Part shown: positions 38,744 to 52,335 of the stretch, in pieces
How the letters are laid out: the number at the start of each line of letters is the position of its first letter
How positions within the stretch are numbered: position 1 is the stretch's first letter
NCBI GenBank assembly: GCA_951406725.2
Contig: OX597816.1
Location: 64,170,001 to 64,234,000 of the forward strand
From: Octopus vulgaris
Taxonomy: Eukaryota
DNA: 64,000 nt
Direction of reading: 5' to 3'
Notes under the pieces: model-generated
The model's input: the letters and a program-made list of their open reading frames with translations, nothing else
The model's database searches: none
What the model was told of the DNA's origin: nothing
Made by a program: the position numbers and the translations under genes

Positions 38744-39735
38744 TATTTTTTAGCCGAACAAATGGTTGGTGGTATTTCTTTCTGCTCTTTACGTTTTGCG
38801 CTCCAATATTACCGACGTTGACTTTGCCTTTCACCTTTTCCGGGTCTTTAAAATAAATACCAGTTGAGTACTGATGTCGCTCAAACTAATTCCCTCCCCA
38901 TAGATGTGAGGCTTTGAACCTATAGAATTAAGGATTGTTATCATTATTATTACTATGCGCTCGTCCATTGTTTTGCTGTTTTTGCACTAAGAAACGCAGG
39001 ATGATCTTGACTCATCCTCGTTAGCTGCAACCGTTGTCATAAAACCTCGGCCTATATTCCATTGTCCACGCTGTTTGTAACTACATTATAGTTCACTTAT
39101 TTTGTGATCGAACAATAAGATATACACATAAAAGATACTCAAACAAAATTAAGTAATCAAATAAATATAAATATTATTTCATTTGGAATTATGATAGCCA
39201 TATTTAGTACTCATGAACTGGTGGTATTTATCATTAATTATTTAATTATTAATCAACTGTTTTTATGTATACATATTATTATAACATTAGCTGTTAATTT
39301 CTAAACTAATTCTTCAATTCTCTTGCTTTATATATACATATATATGTATGTGTGAAAGCATGCTTGTGTTCATAGAATTTTGCTAATACACACTATCTAT
39401 TAGCTGCAGTAAAATCGAAATACCATGTGAAGTATATTATCCCTGTGATTTTCATATCAGAAGAAAGAGAAAAAAATCATAAAAGCATAATTTTGCATAT
39501 TATATCGCCCTTACATTGCAGAGAGAATTACACTGGAAAATATATGCATTGTTCCTGACTTTCATATCGTCACATTAACAAGAGTGAATTTCATTCATAT
39601 TTCTACTATATTATTAAATATCCTGTAGAATATTAAGCATGAATCAACTAGTAATGAACATTCTCTCTTTGATACTTATTAGAAAATGAATATCATTGAT
39701 ATATATATGTGTGTATGTGTATATATACATATATG

Positions 39736-39823
<88 letters not shown>

Positions 39824-39869
39824 AAGATATGTATATATATATATATATATGTATACACACATACATACA

Positions 39870-39910
<41 letters not shown>

Positions 39911-40532
39911 TTATACAAATGACCGAATATGCACTTACGTTTAATTCTTTTATTACTGCGCATGCTGATAAAACTTGATGACTCCATTTCCTCGTTTTTT
40001 TTTTATTCATTACCTGCAGTTTACAATGATATAATGTTTTCTAAATGTCGTTATTATTGTTTTCCAAGAAGCTCAACGCTCGGTGATATTAAATTTATTG
40101 TCCAATTTTATTCCGTAATATCTTAATGGTAATTTCTGTTATATAAGTTGACAGCTGCTGTGTTTTTATGAACAATTTTAGTAATATATTGCATCAGAAA
40201 ATTATTAAAATACTTCACAAGTTAAAATATATCCAAAACGAACGCAGAAATTATCATGCAGTCATTGAAAGACACAGATACTAGCAATGAGATGTTCACA
40301 GGCATACGCAGTTAATACATACATTTTTACGTTCGTGTATTTATATTTTTATGGGTGTATATCTATATAAAACATTTTGCAACCAGTGCAAGTTAAAGTA
40401 TTGTTACCAAAGATTTCATATTTTGTACCTACACGTGTGTATTTTAACATGCTTAGAAATATGGAAAATGAATGAGCTAAATTTCTTTACAGTCTCTGGT
40501 TTTATCTTCGGAATCCTTTCATTCATTTATTC

Positions 40533-40735
40533 CTTTACTTGTTTCACTCATTTGACTGCAGCTATGCCGCAGCAACGCCTGGAAGGGACTTAGTCGAACA
40601 TATCAACCCTAGGACTTATTTTTAAGCCTACTTCTTATTCTATCGGACTCCTTTGCCGATCCGTTGCGTTACGGGAACGTAAACACACCAACACCGATTG
40701 TCAAGCAACGATGGAATGACAAACTCAGGCACAAA
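40533..40735 (-). mobile_element. SINE family A, 3' half
   Basis: tttacttgtttcactcatttgactgc..cttattctatcgg..gttacgggaacgtaaacacacc. Confidence 0.7.
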
Positions 40736-40807
40736 CACACACATGCACACACACAGACAACACATATACATACATACATATATTCCAACATATATATATA
40801 TATATAA

Positions 40808-41239
40808 TTTACAAATGAGGGTGAAAATTTGATATTAATTTAATAATACTATCAATTTAACACCAAGTGGCTTAGCACATAAAAAACAGGGATACAATAC
40901 AAATTTATACATAAATATGAGAGAGTAACCACTATGTAACTGTTAAATTTTGACGCAGAGTCAAACACACGTGCGGTTCAATCGATTGTATTAATAAATT
41001 GTATTTTAGACAAACTTCTGCTGATGAATTAGAGATGTTATGTAAGTAAAATTGCAAATTACATTAATAATGAAACAATTGTCCAGAGTTAATCTATTTT
41101 TTCGTTATTTTTCACTTGTCCTACGTTAAATGTTGTGTTATTTCTCCTTGGAAACAATTTTTAGTGGCTATACCATAGCGGATCTATTTTTAGTACTAGA
41201 GTCGACCACATAGTGGTTACTCTCTCATATTTATGTATA
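40808..41239. mobile_element. PLE-type fold-back insertion in (TA)n with a 32-bp perfect inverted repeat
   Basis: tatacataaatatgagagagtaaccactatgt (40906-40937) is inverted at 41208-41239. A hammerhead lies between the arms. Confidence 0.7.
41013..41090 (+). ncRNA. Type I hammerhead ribozyme with a palindromic stem III
   Basis: aacttctg-CTGATGA-atta..taat-GAAA-CAATTG-TC-cagagtt, GUC site at 41081-41083. Confidence 0.8.
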
Positions 41240-41514
41240 TATATATATGTATGTATGTATATATATATGTATATATGTATATATACATACACACACACAT
41301 ATATAATTGGAAATAGATGCGTCGCGTTCAATTAAGTAATAAGTAATAAATAATATATATACATGCATATATGAGTTCAGGACGTGACGAGCGCTGCAAA
41401 TAACATGAAATATGACAACAACGAGAAAAAAAGGAGTAAACAAAACAAGTAAATACAGTGAAATGACATTTCATCAGTTGTAGGCTGTCTATCTTCTCAT
41501 TTCGAGCATTCAAC

Positions 41515-41900
41515 GACAATATGAGTCGCCAAAGACAGTTCATCATTGAAGTGGTGGGTGGCGTCCTTATTAACGATCTCTATGTTGGCTGATAGTTTGG
41601 AAACCTGTTTGCTAATGCCTGAAAACAGGTTTTTAATTACAGCGGATGTGGGGTGAGGTCTTGTGAATATATACCGTTTCTTTATTAGGTTTCTTGTAGG
41701 GGTAGATTTTGCTCGTGTTCAGGTCTAATGTTACGTCTCAGAAATCGACCGTAGTCATTTTGGTATTAACAGTTATGGACAGGACCAACACTGAACAGTT
41801 TTGTCGAGCACTAGCTGAACATGTTCATTGCGTGGCCATTCATATGATTTGAGGTAGCTCGGCCATCATCCCTATAAAGGAACGATCTATGTAGGTGGGT
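41515..41900 (-). pseudogene. Penelope-like RT fragment (YRDD type, catalytic motif to thumb)
   Basis: LYRDDGRA...LSITVNTKMTTVDF*DVTLDLNTSKIYPYKKPNKETVYIHKTSPH..VIKNLFSGISKQVSKLSAN. Confidence 0.8.
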
Positions 41901-42439
41901 ACGTCTCTTGAGAGTAGCCAAAATGTATAAACCAAGGAGGCCGAAGACTAGAAACACGTTTGAAACTCAGACTACCAAGGCGTTACATACATGTAACTCC
42001 CAATGAATATGTTGAATGTCTTTCTTTCATTTGTCTACTCGTGTGTATATATATATATGTATAGATAGATAGATCGATAGATATACGATGGGTTTCTTTT
42101 AGTTTCTGTCTAACGAATCCACTCAGAAGGCTTTGGCCGATGTTACAGTACTCTGAATCACGTGGTTGAGAAGCAAGTTTCTTACCACACAGCCAAAAAA
42201 CATTTGTTTGAATAGCTGAAAATTTTATGGGACATTGATACATCAATAGAGATAACGCGATGGGGGTAAGAATATAACAGCGATGTGGGAATTAAGGATG
42301 TTTGAAAAGAAAGCAAAGCAAAGGGATAAGTTAAGGAAGTCAGGTGGGAAAAGAAGGAGTACCGATGAAGTATACCTGTATCGAAACGTTTTCAGATCTA
42401 CGCGCATGAGTACACTATCGGCCGGATGAGGATGATATT

Positions 42440-43080
42440 TAGCTTGAAAATATCAGATGATTTTCAAAGTGCTCGCATTTCCTGACAATTCTGTGATGTG
42501 TTAATTAGAGGTCTTATTTACATAGCTTTCTGGAGATTTTCCTATTAACTACTGTTGAAAGATCAAACTTTTTTTTTTCCCATTGTTAGCACTTGTGTCT
42601 TTCAGTTATTTTCTGAATACTTTGGCATTGCACATCATAATTTAATTATCGAATGTAGCCATTTAATATTATCGTTTTCATTCTTATATGTCTAAAAGAA
42701 TATGAAGCTTTAGAAATTATTTCTTGATATTTCTCTTGTCGTGCTTATATAGCGCTTAGGTGCCATTTCAACGTTTGGTTATACAGAAATGATGCCTGCC
42801 TCATAATACATCGTTTTGTTGATGTAGAATTTAAGTTTTTATTAGTTTGCTGGAACGGGTATGGAGAATAGTAAATCTGGGTTGGTGGCTGCCATATTAA
42901 GTTCTCCATGTTTGTGGTGCAACTGAAGATTAGCTTCAGATTATGTCTGCAAAGAGATCTATATGATGCGCAGGGATGGGTTTTATATATTAGCATTCTA
43001 ATAAAGTGAAAGGGGAAGTGAAAAACGTTTGGGTAACTCGTTTCAGCTTTAGTTGAAGACGAGAATTAAGTTATGCACGT
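42440..43080 (-). pseudogene. Penelope-like linker/endonuclease region, decayed
   Basis: LIYKTHP..YRSLCRHNLKLIFSCTTNMENLI resembles the PLE linker motif FNR..+K+SYSC..N+..+I. Downstream SFRH and C.H remnants. Confidence 0.55.
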
Positions 43081-43566
43081 CATTTTATCTCAAACCGGTA
43101 AATCAATATCATAGTAATTGTTTTAGAGGGCAGACTGCAAATGCACCTACTGATGATATAGATGCGGTTCTTAAAACATGTTACAAGTCCCGAAGAAAAA
43201 ATATTTTCTATGGGACATGTTATTGATTCAGTTGTTAGATCCGAGGGTAATGTTAGCCCTTAAAATATAATGTAATGACAACTGATTGAGCAATTGGTTA
43301 TATATGCTTGAAAGTTCAATGTTCTAAAATTTTAGGTGTTGTCTTTAGATAATGTCATCTTATAATTAGCGTATTTGATTTTTCATATAGGAAACCCGTC
43401 ATTTTTGCAAAGCGCGCACACTATAGTAGTGTTTCTGAGGCATAATCCTACAAGATTACATATAGATGAGCACTCTTATAGCCCTAGACCGGTATGAAAG
43501 AAGGATATACCGAAATGCTAATGCATACAATATATCCATCTGACAGTATGGATTTTTAGTGCAAAT

Positions 43567-43630
<64 letters not shown>

Positions 43631-43935
43631 TTATAAATTAGGGTATCTACGAGATACCACCATGCTGAAAATAGCAGCCATGATCTGACTTTAAAACCAC
43701 CTTCATTTTCCATATATCAACAAGGAGAGAAAACAAAGAGACAAGATGAAACTAGTAACACATTACTGTATAATTCTAGATCCCGGATTTTTGGTTTGCA
43801 TTTAGGAATGCTTTGCCTCGTCAGTAGAATGCACACAGAAGAGAAACATAAATGTATATATGTATAAATGTATATAAGCACGACATACGAATACTTACAT
43901 ATACGAACGTATACCCACATATATATACATGTATG

Positions 43936-44211
43936 CATCATGGCCAGTTCAAAATGCCCGCCGTTTAATTCCATGTGCAATATGGTCAAAATATCGCCGC
44001 AGTAAATACGGTGACGAAATAAATTTAGATTTATATAAATAAGGATAAGATCGTTAATTTAAAAATAAAACAACGATTTAATCAAGTGGTCAGCATGGAA
44101 AAAATAACCTTCAAAGGTAATAATTATTAAAATTATAAATTAAGGGATCTACGAGGTACCACCATGCTGAAAATAGCAGCCATGATCTGACTCTTTGAAC
44201 TGGCCATGATG
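43936..44211. mobile_element. Short element with 18-bp terminal inverted repeats enclosing a PLE-type tail; internal part duplicated at 43624-43691
   Basis: catcatggccagttcaaa ... tttgaactggccatgatg. attaaaattataaatta..ccaccatgctgaaaatagcagccatgatctgact is present twice. Confidence 0.65.
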
Positions 44212-44251
44212 TGAAATTTGTCTTGTCTTTTTGTGGAGGTGATGGTGGTGG

Positions 44252-44500
44252 TCATGGCGGAGGTGGTGCTGATGTTTGTGACGGAGTTGTCCGTAGTGGT
44301 AGTTGAGCTGTCGTCTGGGTGCTTTCAATTTTGTGTGTGTCGGTGGCGGTGTTTGCGTTCATTGCACCTGTGTTGATTCTCCCCTTCTTCCCTCCTTCAT
44401 GAAGCTGTGGTGAAGGCAGTGTAGGGAAATCAACGTCGTAAGCGTTGTCAAGGAAACCAGCGTTCTTTTCAACAACGACTTCATGGCTTGAAGACGCCAT
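44252..44500 (-). pseudogene. Probable N-terminus of L1/Tx1 ORF1 (truncated)
   Basis: ATG in a good context (aacATGG). MASSSHEVV..YDVDFPTLPSP followed by T/P-rich low complexity. It directly follows a Tx1-like 3' end on the same strand. Confidence 0.4.
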
Positions 44501-44726
44501 GTTCAAAACAGAAATGGTTTAGAAAGCCGAAAACAAATTTACAAAATCGGGAAACATGCCATACAGGGCAGGTTTCCCGTGCAGAGAATTTGCACAACCG
44601 AATGTATTAGTTGTTGCACAACTTTTACATAAAAATATTATCAAAACACAAACTTTTGAAGGCAATAAAAGGCAAACTTACTACGAGCCGATGTGACTAT
44701 CGTCCGTCCATAAGATAGATAGATAT

Positions 44727-45281
<555 letters not shown>

Positions 45282-46049
45282 ATATACGCAAATGTTGATA
45301 TATATGTACAAGCTATTAGGTATATTTTTTGAACTTTAGAGCGCTAGATAGTAGCATTTCCGATATGGAACTGTTTAAATGTTAAAATAAAATAGGTGCG
45401 ATTACTGTTGATTCTATAGAATCTGCTAATAGTACAACTAATATCATAGCAGTCTGGTGTCTTCGCAATGGCATAATTAATATCATTTAGAATTGCTGTC
45501 GGTCAGCCTATATTGTAGAAGACGCATAATTTTCATTTTGTCATAAGATTTTCAGTTTCTGTCTGGTTTTAGTTGTTTTCCTCTCTTTTTCACCTCATTA
45601 TGTATGTTATCATAGCAGCGGAAGTTCTATATACTTTTAAACAATGTTGTTGTTGAGATGTCTGTGAATTGTAGTGTCAATTTGATGTAAGTTTCTACTT
45701 GTCTTTCATCTTAGACGTATTTCTCTGGGTTTTTTTAAAATTTGTCTACATTTAAATTTACTTTCCAATGGATAATTGAATGTATGAATTGGTCTAATTC
45801 AAAGCGTACTTTTGGTGATGAAGTTTCACGTTTTTAATACCAGAGATGAATAAGGCGGCGAGCTTTCTGAATCATGAAGCACGCCCGACAAAATAATTAA
45901 CAACATTCCGTCCGTCTTCATGCTCTAAGGTTAACTTTGCCTTCCAACCCTTCGAGATCGATAGAATAATCACCAATTGAGCACTAAGGTTGATGTAATC
46001 AACTTCCTCCTTCTCCAAAATTGCTGAACTCACGCCAAAACTTAAAACC

Positions 46050-46084
46050 ATTATTATTATTATTATTATTATCATTATTATCAT

Positions 46085-46149
<65 letters not shown>

Positions 46150-46242
46150 CAAGTATTACTAGTACTATTGCTGCTGCTGCGCTGCTGCCACAACCACTCC
46201 TACTACTATTACTACTACTACTACTGCTACTACTACTACTAC

Positions 46243-46290
<48 letters not shown>

Positions 46291-46396
46291 CAACAACAGT
46301 AACAATAATAATAAGACGAAGAAGAAGAAGAAAAAGAAGAAGAGGAAAAAATATCAATAGTAAGATTAGCAGTATCTGTTGTAGCAGCAGCAGCAC

Positions 46397-46429
<33 letters not shown>

Positions 46430-46620
46430 GAGGAGGAGGAGGAGGAGGAGGAGGAGGAGGGCGAGAAGCAGCAGCAGCAGTATTGTACTTTTGAGTCAAG
46501 CGAAGACTCAGGCGCCGAGGTTGACTTTGAGTTTCATATTTTCGAGTTCGATAAAATAAGTACGAGTTGAGTACTGGGGTAGGGATACCCAGAATCCAAG
46601 TCTCGTGTCTATTAGCAGAA

Positions 46621-46696
<76 letters not shown>

Positions 46697-46697
46697 T

Positions 46698-46729
<32 letters not shown>

Positions 46730-46748
46730 TTATTATTATCATCATTAT
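46050..46748. repeat. Compound trinucleotide microsatellite block (ATT, TAG, TAC, AAT, GAA, GGA) with a SINE B remnant at ~46500-46620
   Basis: Directly visible. Confidence 0.9.
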
Positions 46749-48068
46749 TTTCGCTTTATCATAAGTTTTGTTGGAGCTCCTGGAGTTTCGACTACCAGCA
46801 GCCTTCACTACTCCGAGAAGCTCATGTTTCTCACCGACCACTAGACTTGTATATATTGCTACCATAAACCTGCCACCGATTGTAAAGCTTGACTTGTAGA
46901 GAGTAGTGAGCGGCGAGTTTCTCCTCTCCTTATCTTAGTCTGATATCTACTCTCACTTTCTACATACTTACACTCACATAAATTCACGCACACACACACA
47001 CATTCACCTATACATATGTATGTATGTATCATTGTATAAGACAGGTTTTGCTGTCTTACATTGATCGAAGCTACAGTAGAAAAGTATTTACTGAAAGTAT
47101 CACATACTGTGATAGATCTAGGATCATCGTAGTTGCAAAGCGAACATCTTAGCTACGTAGCAATACACTAGCTTGTACTTTACACATATGCACTGAGAAA
47201 AAAAAAAGATGTCATTTCTGCTACGAAATGTAAGCAATATCATACCCCGTTTCCTGCTTTTTACATTTCTCCTTTCCTCTAAATGTCTTCATCACAAAGT
47301 AATATATTCGTTTCTAAATCTCAGCATTATTGCTTTTCCAGAAGATCAGACAAAAATGTTCATATTAAATTTATTGTTTATGTTATTGCAATATAATTTA
47401 ATGGTTTTGTTTTATTTAACTTAACTCGACAGGTGCAGTGTCCATGAACAACATCAAGTAATATATGCATCTCTTATGGAAGTTTATGCTCCAAGACTTA
47501 CCAGTAAAAGAAATTTTGCCAAAGTTATATTTTATTCGTATCTGCGTGACGTTTTAAGGAGAATACACTATCACAACAATATTTATATGATGTAAGATTT
47601 TAATGCAAGTTCATTCGTCATAATTTAGCCTGGAGTCATGTTCCTCGTAGCTATAGCATTGGCAAAGTTAACAACTGAAGTAGGTTTTGTTCTTTATTTT
47701 CTACAGAAACTTTCAACTTTTCGTATGCAAATGTAAATTATAAATCTCTCAGATATAAAAACAAACCATTGGATATACAAAAGATAAGGTGACTACCATC
47801 TGTTTTATTATGTTACTGTTTATTATTGTTATCACAGAGATATAAAATCTCGATTGTTCAAACGTTGAAGAAAGTTGTTCGAACTATAGTTTGATATATC
47901 GAAGTGTAAGACAATCAGAATGCAACGATTATGGAAAATAAATCACTCTAAGTTAAATAAAACACTTATATGTGACCATTGCCAGAGATCATTTTAAAAA
48001 TGATTGCATTTTCTACTTTGCGAGAAGTGCCTTATGGAGAAATAACAGACGATATGTACGAATCTTGC

Positions 48069-48481
48069 GTGACTGTGTGGTAAGAAGCTTCCTTTCAAAA
48101 CACATGGTTGGGGGTTCAGTCCCACTGTGTGGCACATTGAACAAGTGTTTCCTACTATAGCCTCGAGAAGACCAAAGCCCTGTGAGTGGATTTGGTAGAC
48201 GGAAACTGAAAGAAGCCTTAAACTTAAAGGCGGCGAGCTGGCAGAATCGTTAGCACGCCGGGCGAAATGCGTAGCCGTATTTGGTCTGCCGTTTGTCCTT
48301 GTTTGTCCCCTCTGTGTTTGGCCCCTTGTGGGCAGTAAAGAAATAGGAAACTGAAAGAAGCCCGTCGTAAATATATATATATACATACATACATACACAC
48401 ATACATGCATGCATGCATGCATACATACATACATACTTACATCCATACATACATACATACATACATACATACATACATACA

Positions 48482-48513
<32 letters not shown>

Positions 48514-48660
48514 CGTATCTGTGTTCGTTCCCCATCATTATTTGACAAACGATGGTGTGTTTACCTCCCCGTAATCTAGCGGTTAGGCAGTAGATACAGA
48601 TAGTATAAGTACTGGGTTTACAAAGAATAGGTTCTGGGGGCTCTTTCTTCGACTAAAAGT
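48069..48660 (+). mobile_element. SINE family A host copy carrying a nested SINE B
   Basis: Head 48069-48217, resumes at 48346, then (CATA)n and the 3' half. Confidence 0.8.
48218..48345 (+). mobile_element. Internally deleted SINE family B with a Tx1-like tail and 17-bp TSD
   Basis: ggcggcgagctggcagaatcgttagc..gccccttgtgggcagtaaagaaata is flanked by ggaaactgaaagaagcc at 48201-48217 and 48346-48362. Confidence 0.85.
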
Positions 48661-48853
48661 CACAGTGAAATTGGAAAACAAATTATCTTTAACAATAGCA
48701 ACATCCCTATAAGTTATTTACGCGAAAGTAAATGTTAGGTTTTGTCATATGTGATGATTACTCCAAGTGATGTAACATATACATTGCCCAAACCGCATTC
48801 CCGTATTTGAAACTATCTTCATGTTTAGACAATACTTGCTCACCGTTTACAAA

Positions 48854-49296
<443 letters not shown>

Positions 49297-50005
49297 AGTA
49301 AACGTCATGTCGAATCAACATTTAATTTTCTATTCACATATCGCTGAAGATGCACCGATAATACACGCAAATATCCAAGAATACATCCTATAAAGGTATA
49401 TACAGCTGTTTTAGAAAGCCCACCTCAACAACACATTACAGCCAAGGGCCTACTAAAACACCGTTACCGTGTTCTGTGCTTCAGAATGTACTAATATATC
49501 CGCAGTTTCCCTGTATTAGCTAGCTGCGTAACATCTGTTTCTTTGATGGTACTGTATTTCTTACAACCATGATGTATATCTCCCAACACATTCTATTCAA
49601 AATAATTTGTGTAATATTTAGTTCTTTGCGGAGCAAACTCTGAACTTCTGTCTCTAGTCACGATTCTTATGAAGACATCGTCGTAGAGATCTTCAAAAAT
49701 TATATCAGCAAAACCAATTCGAACAACCGATAGGAGCAAAAAGAGGCAAACAACACCGACTCTTCTTCTAATTGATGAACGCACACATGCGTAAATATAA
49801 ATATATGCGTGTGTGGTTTAACACACAAGCACACACATAAACATAAAGCATTTTCCGCCTGTACGCACTAATATGCGTATGACCGTGTATGCATCAATTT
49901 GTGTTGGACTATACACATATTATATAAACAGAGGTTTACGAAAACACACTCAGATATATTTTATATATGTATGTATAGACATACTTACATAGATACACAC
50001 ACACA

Positions 50006-50080
<75 letters not shown>

Positions 50081-50542
50081 TTGCGTACATATGCGTATGT
50101 ATGTTTCTATGCATAAAAAGATGAATGAACTTGCGTTTCATCTCAGGAAGCTAATTATAGAACGCTAAGAATGAAACGGAGATATCGTCAATTATTTTCC
50201 TCTGATAGGTAATTTCGTGCCCAAACCATTCAGACACAAACGGATTCTTATAAGTAATACTCTGACATCAAGCGAAAAAGGTCAGTGGATATATATATCA
50301 AATAACTCTCGGTTGATCGAATATATTGTTATTAATATATTCCACCGTAGGCCTGAGAATACCAGATACGATTTCCATAACCAATATAATTGTTATAATG
50401 GTCAATCATAAAATCTCTAAGAAGCCTAAAAACATTTATGAAAATCAATAAGTACTGATAATGATAACTATATAGTTACATAAATAACTCTATGTGTTTT
50501 GTGTGTATGTATGTATATGTATATATAGGGGTGTATAAAAAT

Positions 50543-50573
<31 letters not shown>

Positions 50574-50773
50574 GTATTTGCGGTTTTGCAAATATCTATA
50601 GGCTTAGATATATAGATATAGATGCACGTAATACAACTTAGTGAACGTTTCCTACGTATACACATACGCACGCAATCATATATATATATATAGCCATGTA
50701 CAAATATAAATATAAGTAGATACACACATGCACACACACTAAATATATATACATATATATATGTATGTATATA

Positions 50774-50812
<39 letters not shown>

Positions 50813-50813
50813 G

Positions 50814-50844
<31 letters not shown>

Positions 50845-50899
50845 GTACATATATATATATATGTTTGTGTATATATATATATATATATATGTATTTATG

Positions 50900-50952
<53 letters not shown>

Positions 50953-51238
50953 GAGTGTGTAAGTGAGTGTGTGTGTTGTGATGCACGTGTCATTGACTTT
51001 ATATTTGTATATGAGATTATTTAGGCAATAATTCAGGCAAAAAAATCTACGATGCTGTGTCTGGTGATTTTAAAGAAATAATCTAAAGTGTATGTGATTT
51101 ACCTCAATCTGAAGCTATTTATGATATTTTAATGTTAGGGAGATTTAAATGCATTCAACGTTTCTCTATTTTTGTTCTTTTTTTTTAACATTTTGTTTTA
51201 TTATATCTACGGTGTATCATTGTTAATGACTAAGGAAA

Positions 51239-52000
51239 GGCGGCGAGCTGGCAGAATCGTTAGCACGCCAGGCGAAATGCTTAGCAGTATTTCGTCTGCT
51301 GCTACGTTCTGAGTTCAAATTCCGCCGATGTCGACTTTGCCTTTCATCCTTTCGGGTTCAATAAATTAAGTACCAAGTGTGTACTGGAGTCGATATAATC
51401 GACTGCTCTCGCCCTTTAGTCCCTTGTGGGCAATAAAGAAATAAGAATCGTTAGCACGCCGGGCGAAATGCTTAGCGGTATTTCGTTTTCGTTACGTTGT
51501 GAGTTCAAATTCCGCCGAGGTCGACTTTGCCTTTCATCCTTTCGGGGTCGATAAATTAAGTACCAGTTACGAACTGGGGTCGATGTAATCGACTTAATAC
51601 CTATGTCTGTCCTTGTTTGTTCCCTCTGTGTTTAGCCCCTTGTGGGTAATAAAGAAATAGGTATTTCGTCTGCCGTTACGTTCTGAGTTCAAATTCCGCC
51701 GAGGTCGACTTTGCCTTTCATTCTTTCGGGGTTGATAAATTACTCGCTGGGGTCGATGTAATCGACTCAATCCGTTTGTCTGTCCTTGCTTGTCACTTCT
51801 ATGTTTAGCCCCTTGTGGATAATAAAGAAATAGGTATTTCGTCTGCCGCTACGTTGTAAGTTCTAATTCCATCAACGTCGACTTTGCCTCTCATCCTTTC
51901 GAGGTCAATAAATTAAATACCAGTTGTGTACTGGAATCGATCTAATAGACTGGCCTCGCCCCCGCCCCCCAAATTGCAGACCTCGTGCCTATAATAGAAA
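51239..52000 (+). mobile_element. Nested/tandem array of four SINE family B units
   Basis: Units start at 51239, 51444, 51660 and 51833. Each has gagttc(a/t)aattcc..gtcgactttgcct.tca..tttcg. The first three end in ccccttgtgg..aataaagaaata. Confidence 0.9.
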
Positions 52001-52174
52001 TTGCTAAAGGAAATGATGGAGAAGTTGGCAAATATACTGACTCGGCTAACCTAAAAGTGGTGAAACAAGTGACAAGCCATGAAAAATTCCTATTTTCTTT
52101 TTTCACGCTGGTTTTCTTGCCTTTAATTCCTCTTGTCTATGAATTTGTAAATAACTTGTCGGGAATGGAAAAGG

Positions 52175-52335
52175 TATTCTGTTGTGTCTGGGGAGAGTAA
52201 TTTTCTTTTTGTGCCTTATAATGTAACACACTCACCGGTAAAATTTCCACTTATTTCTTATTTTTATTTTCCTAAAATTTTCGTTGCGTTTTGCAAACAT
52301 TTCAATAGTTTTGACTCAACAGACACAACAGAATA
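52175..52335. mobile_element. MITE-like element with 16-bp perfect TIRs
   Basis: tattctgttgtgtctg ... cagacacaacagaata. Confidence 0.6.

Noticed and set aside
43147-43190. ctgatga..aaaacatgtt hammerhead-like motif
   Set aside because: GAAA is replaced by AAAA and stem I does not pair.
49593-49784. 63-aa ORF resembling a signal peptide
   Set aside because: Non-ATG start, no recognisable domain and no splice or expression support.
51239-52000. CRISPR-like or tRNA gene array
   Set aside because: The units are ~170-215-bp SINE copies without unique spacers or a full cloverleaf, and the context is eukaryotic with no cas genes.
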